A stretch of DNA of 64,000 nt from Octopus sinensis (lineage: Eukaryota). The notes under the pieces are model-generated. The model saw only the letters and a list, made by a program, of their open reading frames with translations. It was not told where the DNA came from and did not search any database. Made by a program: the position numbers and the translations under genes. This document shows positions 12,863 to 27,055 of the stretch, in pieces; position 1 is the stretch's first letter, and the number at the start of each line of letters is the position of its first letter. Location: contig NC_043004.1 in NCBI RefSeq assembly GCF_006345805.1, positions 39,680,001-39,744,000 of the forward strand. Direction: 5' to 3'.

Positions 12863-13596
12863 TATCTATTTATATGCGTGTGTATACGTGCTTGGAGAGG
12901 GTGTGAGGCGTGTAATAATAACGTCAAGTAGTAGTATCTGTATAACATCAGATGTACTGTGATATCAGAAAATATAATTATTTTTGCCGCGTTCAAATCT
13001 CGCAGTATTTCACTGACTTTTTCATACTAAGAAAGTGTGTAAAATAAATAAAATTTGTCCCAAGAATAGAATCTCTCCGTGTCCATTTGAATAGTTAGAA
13101 ATAACAGCTATAATTTTTTAGAATCACACACTTCCGTTTTAAAGTTAGAGAAATAACATTAGATAAATCTATACTATAACAGAGAAAACTGCATTTTAAT
13201 TAGTTAGAATTGTGTAACTTTTACTAAAAAAAGCAATTGCTTACGGCTTGACTGTCTGGAATTTTTTTTTTATATATTCCAGTTTTAATATATTTTTTTA
13301 TCAAAATACGGTTTTGAAGTCCCTTTTTTATTATTGAATGTTTCAAGTACACACTTCAAATACAAATCTTATTCAAAGCTATATTTAACCTCTATTTATA
13401 CTTTACGGTGTATAATGGTTGCCCAAATATTTACAACACTACTTTCCGAAAATTTCGAAAGGAAATTTTGATTTTCCACTCCTCACGGCAAGTTGAGTGT
13501 GATGCTTTACTACACACACACACACACACGCACACGCACACGCACACACGCACACATATATATATATATATTTATATATATATATATATACATATA

Positions 13597-13834
13597 AAAT
13601 AAATAAATGGAGTTGAACGCAGATGTTATTAAAATTCTTTTACTTTCGACGTATGTTTCGAGGACAACATTGGTTTTATTCCAAAGGAATAAACGGTGTA
13701 AAATCCAATCTTCTCATCAGGAAAGAAAGAGAGCCTATCTCAACAACAAGACTTGCGTGTATTTTGCTACCCTGGTAACTGTTTATTGAATTTTCCATGT
13801 TAACGGCAAACAAAGGATAATTCATTCATCCATT

Positions 13835-13835
<1 letters not shown>
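13597..13835 (-). mobile_element. Hammerhead-bearing insert between (TA)n tracts (Penelope-like/retrozyme-like)
   Basis: Unique island flanked by TA runs, with a hammerhead at 13643-13725. Confidence 0.6.
13643..13725 (-). ncRNA. Type I hammerhead ribozyme with a long stem II
   Basis: Minus strand: CUUUC-CUGAUGA-GAAGA uugg...uuuauucc uuu ggaauaaa...ccaa...UCCUC-GAAA-CAUACG-UC-GAAAG. Stem I CUUUC/GAAAG, GUC triplet. Confidence 0.75.
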
Positions 13836-13866
<31 letters not shown>

Positions 13867-14624
13867 CATATACATATCCTACATATACATATCCTATGAA
13901 TATCCTATGCGGTAGTGTGGCATTTTTAAATGCATATTTTTGCTACTTTGTACCGCCGCTGTTAAACGATTTTTGTCTGCGACTGACATATTTCTATATT
14001 TTTTAACACTGTAACTACAAACACTGCAGTTTAGAAGGCTTTCAACAGTATATCTGCTTTAAGTGAGATATGGAGATTGCTATTTAGAACTGGCATTGCT
14101 TTCGACGCCAAAAACAATTGTGCATGTCTGTGTCTGTGTGTGTGTCTGTGCGTGTCTATATGTCTGTCTGTGAATGTGTGTATCCTTCCCTTCCATACAA
14201 ATACACACAACAGTAAGATGAAAAATGAATTCAACGGGAATTCTGTGAAAAGTTATTTAAAACCCAATCCGAATGTTGAAATTACTGAATATAACAGAAT
14301 ATTAAAACGGGAATAATCGAAAGAGTTAATCAACAAAGTTGTTATTAATCTTGGAAAAAGATGCAATGTCACCCGGTCCTATTTGTCACTCCACCAAATA
14401 AGTCGTTTGAGCCGTCTTGCGAAAAGAAAATAATCTCTCGCATAAACTTTATTTTAATCATCCGTTGCATTTATTAGCCTACACAGACACTCACACAACT
14501 ACACACACACGCGCGCGCGCGCACGCGCAAACACACACACACACTCACTTACTTACACATTCACTTACACACACAGTCACTTACACATAAGGTGTACAAA
14601 AAGGTAACGCTTTTCGAAAATTGA

Positions 14625-14876
14625 TTGGGAGCTACGTGTATGTGCATGTATGTGTATATATGCATATATGATTGTAATGTGTTTATGTGTGTGTGTGCAC
14701 ACACACATAAACACACGAACATAACTCACACATGCATACATACATACATACATACATACATACATACATTCACACATACACACACATATATGCAAGCATA
14801 CATACATACATACATTCATACATACACACACATATACATACATACATACACACACATATATGCATGCATACATGCA

Positions 14877-14910
<34 letters not shown>

Positions 14911-14955
14911 CATACATACATACATACATACATACATACATACATACATACATAG
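14625..14955. repeat. (CATA)n/(CA)n microsatellite
   Basis: Direct reading. Confidence 0.95.
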
Positions 14956-15302
14956 TAACTGCTTTTTGGTATACGTGCAAAGCCATTGCTAGAAAGAACC
15001 ACTGAAATGAGTCATAGATGATGCAATGTGAGGCCCTTGTATGACTCTTGGGTCTAATAAAAGATTTGTGCATTCTATTGCATAATGCACAGCGGTGCTA
15101 GCTAGCAGAGGGAACAGGTGCCACCGTATGGACTCTTTTGACATGCTTTTACAGTCCTCCATCTGAAAAGCACAGCTTTCCACAAATTGCATTAGTTCTG
15201 TTGTGAACATAAGTCATATCACAAGTTACAAATATATCTACCTATATATGCAAATATGCACATATTCACGCATACATACTCACTTACACACACACACATA
15301 AC

Positions 15303-15405
<103 letters not shown>

Positions 15406-16198
15406 AAAATCATTTCTAGAAAGTATAGAAGCTCAAATGTTTTGTATTATTTTTACTGTTATGCTTCCAAAAGAATTGCATATTTCCGTCTAATAAAATT
15501 ATACTTCTTAAATTCCTATTAGTTAAAAAAATTACCCAGAGATATTATACATATGATTAGACGTGCCAATAATCACGATGAAATAGTCATAGAGCTCTCA
15601 GTTGAAATAGCATTAAGAAAAGAATCATGATCTAGGTAAGAGGAAAGACAACTACTGAGACTGGAATTCGAACCATGCATTTTAATTAACAAACTTTGTT
15701 TATTCATCTATTTATTTGTTTACATAGCGAGGTGGAGCCATATGAATATTATTCTTCCATTATTCTGCTTATCCAAAGAACATCAATGACGTGAATCGGA
15801 CCACTTACCTTCATTTTCATGAAAAATGTTTCACCTTTCTCTCTCATCTTCTCTATTTCTCTCTCTCTCTCACACTCACTTTCTCTTTCCCGTTCCTTCA
15901 CTCTCACTCTGTTTCTCTCTGATTTTCTCTCACACACACTTCTCAAATAACTAAGAAAATATCAGAGACTCTTATATAGATATGAAGCAACTAACTGTTT
16001 TGAGAATGTGTGCGGCTTACGTAGGAAGTTGTGTCGTTCATGCTAGTATATTACTTATGTTTGATGTCCCGGCTTTAGCTGGATAATAGCAGTAAGAACA
16101 CAGACAGTAAGGACATCTGCACACTCTGGGGTGAAATAAGAATTCAAAGATGGCAATCAACCAATTTGATATGGTAGGTCTTTACAAAATATCAGCAA

Positions 16199-16619
16199 GG
16201 ATCTTTTTGGTTTGAACGGCAGATTTTAACATAATTTCTAGGTAACTAAAAAATTTTAAACTTCGTATACTGGTAGAATGTGTTTATAAAACATCTTTTT
16301 CTCTTGGCTTTATTGAGAAAATTCTATAGTTTGTAAGATATTTGTTGGGTTTTTTTTCTTCAATTTCTGTAATTTCAACCAATCACAGATGTTTATTGAG
16401 GTAAAAAACATTCTGTGCCGTATGAATATGTCCCTCGTTTAAGAAACAGATTGGGTTTATTTACATTTGTGAAGAAAAAAAAAGATACCTTTCCCCCCAC
16501 CCCTAACCTTAACCCTAAAACAGATTGAAATGCAATAGATCGATACTAGGGTCATAATTATGGGTGACAATTTCATATGACACCGCTAGAAAAAACTGCC
16601 GTTCAAACCGAAAAGATCC
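16199..16619 (+). mobile_element. Non-autonomous DNA transposon (MITE) with GG termini and an 8-bp TSD, Merlin-like
   Basis: TIRs ggatctttttggtttgaacggcag / ctgccgttcaaaccgaaaagatcc. TSD atcagcaa / attagcaa. Second copy at 45349-45757. Confidence 0.9.
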
Positions 16620-16845
16620 ATTAGCAACTTTACATTACCGAAATCACTGGACTAGATTGGGAGACAAAAAGATAAACATTTGACTCCCTGTTCTGATAGA
16701 CTAGATTCATTAATTATACTTGTAATTTCTTTATTTCATTAATTATACTTGTGTATTATACTTTATTTCTTTATTTCATTAATTATACTTGACAGTTTGG
16801 TAAACTTAGACAATGAATAATGACGTATTAAGTTTTGAAAAGGCA

Positions 16846-17045
16846 AAGGCAGTGAACTGGTAGAATCATCAGCACGTCAGACAAAATATTTAACATCATT
16901 TCTTCCGGCTCTTTACGTTCTGGGTTCAAATTCTGCTGATCCTTTCGGGATCGATAAAATAAGTATCAGCTGAGTGCTAGGATCGATGTAAACGATTGCT
17001 CCATTCGATTAGAATTCCAGCCCTAATCCTATAGTTGAAAGAATA
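16846..17045 (+). mobile_element. SINE family A, degraded
   Basis: ggcagtgaactggtagaatc head, ggttcaaattc B-box and cctttcgggatcgataaaataagta core. Confidence 0.75.
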
Positions 17046-17609
17046 TAAGTCTTAGAGAGGCTAAGAAATACTACCAGAGGATTTGGACTCATAACATATA
17101 ACCATGTAGTCGATTATTCAATCGAACATTTTGTTTTTTATAGTCCTAACGATAATCTAGTTAGTCCTTACTGGGTTTTCGTGTAACGATAAGAGTACGT
17201 ACAACTGCCTCTGCCCCAAATATTTCCACTCCATCGATTTTATCCAAGAACAAAGCAAGAATCTATATAACTTGTATCATACGGCAACAGTTCAGTTGTA
17301 GGCGAACTCAGAACCTAATGAACCGAAATATTTACCACGGAGCATTTTTCCCACCAACGCTCGAGCTCTGGACTGACATGTTATTTTATCGACTCCGAAT
17401 GAACGAAAGACAAAGTAGCTTCGACATTTAAAACATGAAGAGCGAGAATAAATTTTGCAAAAAAATTTATCCCAAACGCTTTAGTTATTCTGCTTCTCTG
17501 ATTTTTCTCTGATTTCTGTGAGATAAAATTTATATTGAAGAGCAGATATTTCTTTACTTTATAAAAAGCCCAAAAAGTTCCACCATTACAAAGTATTGTT
17601 AATATACAG

Positions 17610-17695
17610 ATATTCTTATTTGTTCTATTTTTCAATCTTCTTTTTACTCTTGGCTTTAATGTTCTCTTTTCTTTCCATATTTTTTGCAGGTAAGT
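17610..17695 (+). promoter_or_regulatory. Candidate recursive splice site (ratchet point), polypyrimidine-CAG|GTAAGT
   Basis: A ~75-nt pyrimidine-rich, AG-free tract ends tttttttgcag (AG at 17688-17689) and is immediately followed by a perfect donor GTAAGT. Confidence 0.55.
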
Positions 17696-17982
17696 GTTTT
17701 GTTGCTGTATTTTTCCATATAATCAAGTAAATGAAATGAGCCAACGTAACCAAGGTATATATTATTACTCTAGTGTTCTGGAATGAAATTTAAAAAGAAA
17801 TAACTGTATAATAATGACTGAGAAATCACATTTTCTTTACTGGCACTTAAGAAAAAATGCTTCGTAATTTTGAAAACAGAAATGAAAATGATGAGTTCTA
17901 TGTGCTAAGAGAAATTTTTTTGAAGGAAGAAAAAGGGAAGGTGAGAGAGAGAGAGAGAGACAGACAGACAGAATGAGTGAGT

Positions 17983-18031
<49 letters not shown>

Positions 18032-19389
18032 GGAGAAAGAAAGAAGCAGAGAGATGATATTTAGCGTTAAGTTTGCGAGGTAAAGAAAATGATAGCCAAT
18101 ACTTAAGTTAGAAAAAGATAATTTTTTCTAAATATCTAAAAATCTAAACAGAAAGCAACTGCTTACTCTGTAAATTTAGTTTCGCTTTTCTTGGGTTTCT
18201 GGTTTTCAAAGAACCGATACTTATCTGCTGTTTATGTAGCAAATTTTTAAGCAAATAAAAAATCAGTCGCTCCCGCGCAATCTATCTTAAGAAAATTTCC
18301 CTCGCAAAAGTAACGTACCCAATATTATAAGCCGATAAAACAATCGTCATTTTTACAATAGTGTTGCTGTATTTTATACCGGATGGACTATATACGACAG
18401 CTAGGTAGACTCGGCCGTTGAGAATAATATATCTTATTCAAGGGCATATATATTACAGTTGCTGTGACAGGACATGATATAGTGACTCTTCTGCTTATTC
18501 TGTCGGGTTGTCTTACAGTGCTTTTTTACTTTATTATATAAAGCATAAATATACCCTACACCAGGTTACATCCAGACGTTAGTATCCAATCCCTGGCTAC
18601 ACATATTTCGGACTGCATCTTGGCGAAGAAAACTTCTTAATCATACAGCCATGCTTGCGCCCTTTAAAGTCCGTTTACTTTACTAAAGTTTCTTAATTCG
18701 TGATTGAGAAATCACTCCTAATTTTGTGGGTTTTGTCCCTGTATTTAAGATCATATTTGGAATGCCTTATACATACCCGGGTAAGAACCCATACCCTCAG
18801 TCCATTGCCGTGTTTTTAAAGCATGTAAATATGATTTTGTATTTGCTTTTCACTCGCGTTCGAGTTAATCGGTCATTTTTATATGATCGATAGAATCGAT
18901 GTGATATGCTTCAGTCTGCTCAATAATATGTCTCCAGATTATTACAAATATCAATCCAAATCAAAAAGTAAACCTTTATACATTCGCTAAAGATGGCAGC
19001 CAAGTTTCCCTTAAATGGAAACTTACCTCATAGAAAAATATAAACCAAAACTTAATCATTTCAAACAGTTTATTCTATCAAGACCAAATCATGTTAAATT
19101 AACAAAACCTAGTCATTCCCAACATTTTTGATTATCTCCCTTATACACAAGAAAATCCCTGATTACCTTCCCCTGTTTCGAACTCTCCTACATCACACCA
19201 TAGCGAATAGATGACACAACAACGGTAAAGAAATTTGAGAAATTGAAAAGAAAATGCGAAACCGGTTATTTCTCCAAAAATAATGTCACTGTACCAAAAA
19301 CAATTTTTATAACATTTTCCTAACATGACGATTTTAATATATTTTTCGACTATATAATGCAAATCTTCTGTAGTTTTTTCATTCTATTT

Positions 19390-19463
<74 letters not shown>

Positions 19464-19479
19464 TCTTTTACTTTTCTTT

Positions 19480-19685
19480 TATTCTTTTACTTGTTGTAGT
19501 CATTTGACTGTAGCCATGCTGGAGCACCACCTTTAGTCGAACAAATCGCCCCCAGGACTTCTTCTTTGTAAACCTAGTACTTATTCTATTGGACACTTTG
19601 CCGAACCGCTAAGTGACGGGTACACCAACATCTGTTGTCAAGCGATGGTGGTGGGGGGGGCAAACGCACAAATATATACATATAT

Positions 19686-19720
<35 letters not shown>

Positions 19721-19878
19721 GACAGGCTTCTTTCTGTTTACGTCGTCCAATCCATTAACAAGGCTTTGATCGGCTCGAGGCTATAGTAGACAACACTTGC
19801 TCAAGTTGCCACGCAGTGGGACTCAACCCGGAGCCATGTGGTTGGGAAGCAAGTTTCTTACCGCACAGCGACGCCTTA
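19480..19878 (-). mobile_element. SINE family B, full-length
   Basis: Colinear with 2724-3148. Confidence 0.88.
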
Positions 19879-21964
19879 TATAGATATGTATGTATGTATG
19901 TATGTATGTGTATTTATATCTACTATATATATATATATATATGAGTGGGGATGAACTACCTAAGGTAAGACCCAAGTTACCTCGCAAGCTGTCATCTTAT
20001 AGTTTCAGTTTCACTTCCTGATTGAATCAAATGTTCAGTTTCGTTCACTTACGCCGCTAATAGCTTTTGAATAAGTCATGAACCACGTAATATTTCTTTT
20101 TTTTTCTTCCTATCGAATATAAATCTCTCGTGACTTGTCTTCGAAATAAAACATCTTATAGGATTCTTATTTTATTAGTGTAAAGTAAATAACTAAAATG
20201 AAGATTCCATGTGTAGGCGGTTGCTGTCAAGAAACTGAAACGACCCAGTCTTCTGGATCTGTGAATTCTTACAGTTAAACATGTGCTCTAGCTCTACCTG
20301 AACCAATAACATTTTTTCCCATATGATGAATCATAATGCAATAGAAAAATAATAAAAGATATATAGTTATCCAGTGTCAGGGATTATGGAGATGGAAAAT
20401 ATGATGTAGTTTGTAAAAACACGCACAGCTAGCTTGCATCTGTTTCCACTGATTACATAAATCAACTGTTTCTTATAATGCATCTGTCACCTTTCGTTGA
20501 AGGTGAGTCTAAATAATATTTCCTGATTAAAGAAATAACAGCAACTACAACTACAGCAACGATAACAATAGTGGTAGTAACAGTGTCAGCGTGGAAGAGC
20601 TAACCCTTTAATGGGTTCATTGATCTGCTAGAAATAACAATCAAATTAGCCCCGATCTGGTTATCCTGCATGTGAGAAATAAAAACTTTTTAAATAAAAA
20701 GAAAATGAATGTCTTTTGCTCAAAGGTGTATTTGAAGAAAACTAGTCAGGAGTTAAACAGCAACATCTTAATGTACAGCAATAAAAACAGCAACGATATC
20801 TAAATTCCCACGATACTAGCCAAATAAACAATAAATCCGTCAAGAGGCAATATTTATCCCCGCTTGAACGTGGATGTTTTGTTAGAACAAGTTACACTGT
20901 GGTAGTCACCATGAGAGAAACTCCCATGTTGGCTTTTTGGTGCAAAATGCACTCTTTTTTATATTGCTAGCAGGGAAATAGTGGGGTAGATAAATCTCCG
21001 CTATCTCTAGCGATGGGATCAACAGATCACGTGATTTTGACCTTGCTTGGTCTTGTCAATGATGGACACTCGACCGCGTGAGGCAGCAGGGATTCATCTC
21101 TTCGACAGCGATATGCTCCCAAAAGCCAATATGAGAGTTTACTCTAATAGAGCATCCATGTTTGAGGATAAATATTACCTCACGGTATTTACATTGCCTC
21201 TGCTGCATCATCATCAAACTAACATTGAGAACAATACTCAATAAACAACTAAAAATAACAGCCGAATTCCCTCAAATCATCTTTGGCTGTCGTAAAAGAG
21301 ATATGGCTACATATAATTACATAGTTCAAAGTATACGAAAAGACTTTGACGGTCACGGTTAGAAAAACTTTAATAACAAACGTACTCAGTGAGAGCTGAT
21401 CTGGTGCTCCACAACAATTAGTTCTGAATGCAAACAGTGGTGTGGTGGGAGAGAAAGAAAGAGTGTAATGGAAAAGAGAGGGGGAGGGTGATAACAGAAT
21501 AATGGGAGGACGATAGATAGCAATACTGAAACTAAGGAGGCCTTAAAAAGGAAGTCCTTCTGGAATGACCACATTGGATAATGTAGCCCTAAATACCACT
21601 AAAAAGATGCAGTGGTCAAAGCTGGAAAGTATTTGATTGTAGCTCTTTATTTATATTTATTTTTTTTTTACTAGGATTGACCTAAAATTAAACCACAACA
21701 AGTACTAGAAAACGAGGAAAGATTATTTGTGGCCTGCTGAAATAAATATGAAACTATTCTTCTCTTTCATCATCTGCAAGTAACAACGAAACGGGAACCC
21801 AAATCCCACCGCACATACTGTCAAGAAATGAAGGACATTTTGCGTATTGTACTCCTTGATACACCATGTCTGGAGCAAAAATGGAATCAAGGATGACCCT
21901 GGTTCAAGATACTATGCTTGACACTGCCGATTATGTTAATCTGCAGTCTTAAATGAAAGCAGTA

Positions 21965-22555
21965 GTTTTGATTTCAAATTTTGACACAAGGGCAATGATT
22001 TCGGCGCAGGGGTTAAGTTGATTACATCGTCCCAGGGTTCAACAGCTACTTATTTTATCGACCCCGAAAGAATAAGAGGCAAAGTCGACGGAATTTAAAC
22101 TCAGAATGTAAAGACGGAAGAAAGACTACAAAGCATTTTCCCCGGCGTGCCAGCTCGCCGCCCTAATGAATATAATATTATTCTTTTTTACTGGAAGCAC
22201 AGGGCCTCAAATTTCGGGGAAGGGATTAAGTCGATTACATCAAACCCAGCGCGTAACTGGTACTTATTTAATCGACCCCAAAAGGATGACAGGCAGCTCT
22301 CCGCCGTAATGAATATAGTAATATTGCTTTGTAACATAAAGACGACAAGCTGGTAGAATTGTTACCGCGTCGGGAAAAATACTTAGCGGCATTTCGTCCG
22401 TCTTTACATTCTGAGTTCCAATTCCGCCATGGTCGACTTTACCTTCCATCCTGTCGGGGTCGATAGAATAAGTACCAGTTGAACACTGGGGTCGAAGTAA
22501 TCGACTTACCTCCTCCCAGAAATTACTGGCCTTGTATCAATATTTGAAATCAATA
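21965..22555. mobile_element. Cluster of three family A SINE copies (-, -, +)
   Basis: Repeated atcgacccc(g/a)aaagga and ctgagttc...gtcgactttaccttccatcc cores. Confidence 0.8.
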
Positions 22556-23077
22556 TTGCATTGTAGCATATACACATGATGCTCCACCGATTTTGCTCAT
22601 AAATGCAAATTTGTAATAAACTAAGTAAAGAATAGAATAATGTCCTCTTTTGAGGATACATAATTATAGGAATGATGCAACTAGCAGCTGCTGAATTACT
22701 GCAGCTGATAATATACTACCAGAAACAAAGACAATTAGAATACACTGATGATATTACTAATTCTTGAAACAAACCATAACGCTAGCGGCATTTTCACGGA
22801 CAAAATTACAACTGAAGTTTGCTGAAATAAATATAAAGCTTTTCTTCTCTTTCATCATCTGTAAGTAACAGCGATATGGGAACCAAGTTGCTTTAGATAA
22901 ATTTCAGCTGAGAAATAATGCACGTTCTCAAAAGCGAGATTTTGGAAGAAGTAATAATAGTCAATGTTTTATATACTTTCTGTCTTATATGCAGTATGAC
23001 ATACACTGTATGTCATACTGCATATAAGGTATCAACTCTGCGCAAGGTTCGAGAATTGATGGAGCATTTTGTGACAT

Positions 23078-23356
23078 TCCGTTGGTTACGACAACGTCGG
23101 TTCCAGTTGGATGGAACAGCCTGCTCGCCAAATTGACGTGCAACTGGCTGAGCACTCCACAGACACGAGTAGTTCTGAGGGGATTCAGCGTGACGCAGAA
23201 TCTGACACGGCTGGACCTTTGAAATACAGCTGAGTGGACTGGAGCAATGTGGAATAAGGTGTCTTGCCCAAGGATACAACGCGTCGCCAGGAACTGAACT
23301 CACGACCTTACGATCATGAGCAGAATACCCCTAACCACTAAGCCACGCGCCTTCAC
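23078..23356 (-). mobile_element. SINE family D
   Basis: Minus-strand head gtgaaggcgcgtggcttagtggttaggg, core gtatccttgggcaagacacc, tail shared with 44190-44370. Confidence 0.85.
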
Positions 23357-23454
23357 CGGAGCATTAACGCATATTAAAGTATAATAAACTGGCTGATTAA
23401 TTGGACTTAAGCTACACAACCACAGTAGGACTTTCTACTATTTAATGTAAAATT

Positions 23455-24926
23455 GGTCTCAGATTTTGGTACAAATCCAGCAATTTTAGAAGAGTAGAGT
23501 AAGTTGGTTACATCGACCTCAGTGTTGAACAGATACCTATTTTTACCGGCCCCAAAAGAAGGAAAGACAAAGTCGACCTCGGAGGAATTTGAACCCAGAA
23601 CGTAATGACAGACGAAGTGACGCTAAGGATTTTGCACTACATGGTAAAGATTGTGACTGCTTGCCGCCTTTATTTAATGTAATATTAGATGCACAGTGTC
23701 TGGAAAAATAAAAAACAGATGGAAGGGTCAAGGCTGGAACCACCTTGAGTGATGGATCGAGTATTTTACGATCCCAAACCAGCATCTACCATCATTGAAA
23801 TCATGTTTTTTGTGGTTTTGTTCCCTAAGATGCCAATGTTCGTAGAGATAAGATAGCGGAATTGAGACGGTGAGCAAGTTTCTTTCCTGATGTGTTTCAC
23901 TGACATTAGTATTACGTGGTAAATTATATCTGAGAATAAGTGATGAGCTGGCAGAATCGTTACGGCACCGGAAAAAATGTTTGGCGACATTTCTTCCTTT
24001 ACGTTCTAAGCTCAAATTCTGCCAAGTTCAACTTTGTCTTTCATTCTTTTCAGGGTCGATCAAATAAATACCAGTTGAGCACAAGGATTGATGTAATCGA
24101 CTTAACCCCTTCCCCGAAACTGCTGGTCTCGTGCCAAAATTATAAACAATTAAAACTGAGAATTGAAATCAGAAATCAGAATCCTGGGACTAGGTAACCG
24201 ACAAAGAAAATAACTGCATAAGTTGCTATGGTAACCGAATGTCCTAAAGATAAAAGTCTCCTTTCACTACATTTTAATTTTTAATTCATTTTAAGCACCT
24301 TAAATTCTGGCGGTTGTCTCCCTTGACTTTCTTGCCCCAAATCAGTCAGATATTTGTTTCAAATTTTTTGAACAGGGTCAGCTAGTTGGGCGAATGTGAG
24401 ATGGTTGATTACGTTAACCTCCGGGTTTCAATTGGAGCTTCATTTTATCGATCCCTCGCCTCGAAAGGATGTAAAAAACGTAAAAATCCGAAAGAAATGC
24501 CACTAAGCAGTTTCTCCGATGCACTAACGATTCTTTTCTACTCTAGGCACAAGGCCCGAAATTTGGGGGGCGGGAGCCAGTCGATTATATCGACCCCAGT
24601 ACGCAGCTACAATTAATTTATCGACCCTGAAGGATGAAAAATAAAGTCGACCTCAACGGAATTTGAACTCAGGACGTGAAGGCAGACGAAATACTGCTGG
24701 GCATTTCACCCGGCGTGCTAACGTTTCTTATTTTCTTTACTGCTCACAAGAGGCTACACTCAGAGGGGACAAACAAGGACAGACAAACGGATTAAGTCGA
24801 TTATATCGACCCCAGTGCCTAACTGGTACTTATTTAATCTGTGAAGTTTGCCGAACTGGTAAGTTACGGATACGTAAACACGGCAACAGCAGTTGTCAAG
24901 CTGTGGTGGGGAACAAACACAGACAC

Positions 24927-24965
<39 letters not shown>

Positions 24966-25370
24966 AATATATATAAATAAATATACTTCTAAAAAATTTC
25001 TTTTGCCCTTATTTTATAAGTTATAAATATATATATATATATATAAATATACATACATACATATATATATATATATGACGGACTTCTTTCAGTTTCCGTC
25101 AACCAAATCCACTCACTAGGCTTTGGTCCATCCGAAGCTATAGTAGAAGACGCCCGCCCAAGGTGCCACGTATTAGTACTGAACCCTGGCGCAAGGCCAA
25201 CAAGTCTGGGGGCATGGACTTAGCCGATTTCACCTATATCAGCTCTTAACTGGTACTTTATTTTACCAACCCCGGAAAGGTGAAAAGTGAAGTTGACCTC
25301 GGCGAGCCGGAAGAAATCCTGCTAAGTATTTTGTTCAGAGCACTAACTATTGTACTAGCCCACCATTTTA
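23455..25370. mobile_element. Dense cluster of family A and B SINE copies and fragments
   Basis: A-type cores at about 23455-23670(-), 23940-24150(+), 24355-24840(-) and 25230-25368(-). B-type fragment at 24850-25228(-). Confidence 0.75.
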
Positions 25371-26217
25371 GTCATTTGAATAACAGATTCTCTTTATTAC
25401 TTTTGCAGTAATTCGCTAATTAAAATATCTTGACTTCCAGCATCAATTATGGTTGTGTCCACTTTAATAAAACTGATTATTACTTGATACAATACGTATC
25501 GAGAAGTTATGATGCAGGGTGTTTTTGCAGTTGCTACTGCTTTTGTTGTTGTTATCGTTGTTTACTACTCCTACCCCGGTGAGTTCTGGTCAAGCATTCC
25601 AGTCATAGCAATCTTATTGTAGAGATATGTGCGTCCAAATAATCTTATGTAACCTCTCTTTATTTAGTGGGAACTGTGGGACGTTTAGCACATCGCGCGA
25701 CCACATTGTGGCTGCCTGACGGGCATTCGTCACTTGGTTGTTATTGATGTCGTTTATTGATGTCGTTTAGACCCTGATCGAGCAGATTTTTCATCAAAGA
25801 CATTCCGCCTATGGGCCAGTCAATCACTTTGAATATCAGGGATTAAATTATCCAGTGTTTCCCTTTTTTTTTTTCTCTAATGACAGTAGGATTTGATTTG
25901 AGAGAGAGATCATCAACTACTTCTAGCAGGTCAAGCGACCGAGCAGAACAGCGGTCCTTAAATAGGGCGGTAACAGCCGCTTGGGGAGAAAATAGGGAAA
26001 TTATAAGAGAGGATTGTGATATTAATGAACAGAAAATATGGCTGATGCTGCACCATGGTCGATCACAATTTCATTATAAGTCCTCAAGGTGGCGCTTAGG
26101 GAAAATTGATACCGCGTCGGACGAAATGCTGCTAAGCATTTCTTTTGGCTCTTTAGTTCCTGAGATCAAAATTCCGATCTCGTCGGAATTTGATCCATTC
26201 GGTATTGATAAAGTATC

Positions 26218-26535
26218 TTTGTTTTATTTGTTGTTTGTTCCTTCTCGAGCCATGCCTGGCTCATAAGGGCCGGTTTCCCGGTCTCCGTGGCGTATAGGTT
26301 CCCCACCTGGACGGGACGCCGGTCCGTCGCAGGTGAGCTGCCAGATGCAGGAGGAAAGAGTGAGAGAAAGTTGTGGCGAAAGAGTCAGCAAAAGTTCCAC
26401 CATTACCTTCTGCCGGAGCCGCGTGGAGCTTAGGTGTTTCGCTCATAAACACAAGCAGCGCCCGGTCTGAGGTTCGTACCCGCGATCCCTCGACCGTGAG
26501 TCCGCTGCTCTAACCACTAGGCCATGTGCCTCCAC
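26218..26535 (-). mobile_element. SINE family C-related copy with a distinct tail and a 12-bp TSD
   Basis: Minus-strand head gtggaggcacatggcctagtggttagagc. attgataaagta on both flanks (about 26205 and 26536). Confidence 0.85.
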
Positions 26536-26709
26536 ATTGATAAAGTAAGTACTAACTGAGCTTGTATTGGACTTGATGTAACCGATTGACTTTCCAGCCC
26601 CTCTAAAATTGCAGATCTTATTCCAAAATGTCTAAATATTACTTATGTTCTCTATACAGTTATTTCTATAAAAAAATTAACAAAGGGGACACTAGCCTAC
26701 AAGTCTATG

Positions 26710-27055
26710 TGAAGACGCATGGCTCAGTGTTTCGAACATCAGGCTCACAGTCATGAGGTAATGAGTTTGATTCGCGGACCGGGCTGTGTGTTTTGTTCTT
26801 GAGCAATACAGTTTATTTCACATTGCTCCAGCTTACTCAACTGTAGAAATGATTTGGGACGTCACTGGTGCCAAGCTGTATCGGTCTTTGCCTTTCTCTT
26901 GGATAACATCGGTGGTGTGGAGAGGAGAGGCTGGTATGCATGGACGACTACTGATCTTCCAGAAAACAACCTTGCCCAGGCTTGTGCCTGAGAGGGGAAC
27001 TTTCTAGGTGGCATCCCATTGTCATTCATGACTGAAGGGGGTCTTTTACCCTTAC
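26710..27055 (+). mobile_element. SINE family D with the second tail type
   Basis: gtgaagacgcatggctcagtg head and gttcttgagcaa core. Tail homologous to 40753-40950(-). Confidence 0.85.

Noticed and set aside
16706-16792. Three copies of ttcattaattatacttg
   Set aside because: Simple local slippage duplication with no further structure.
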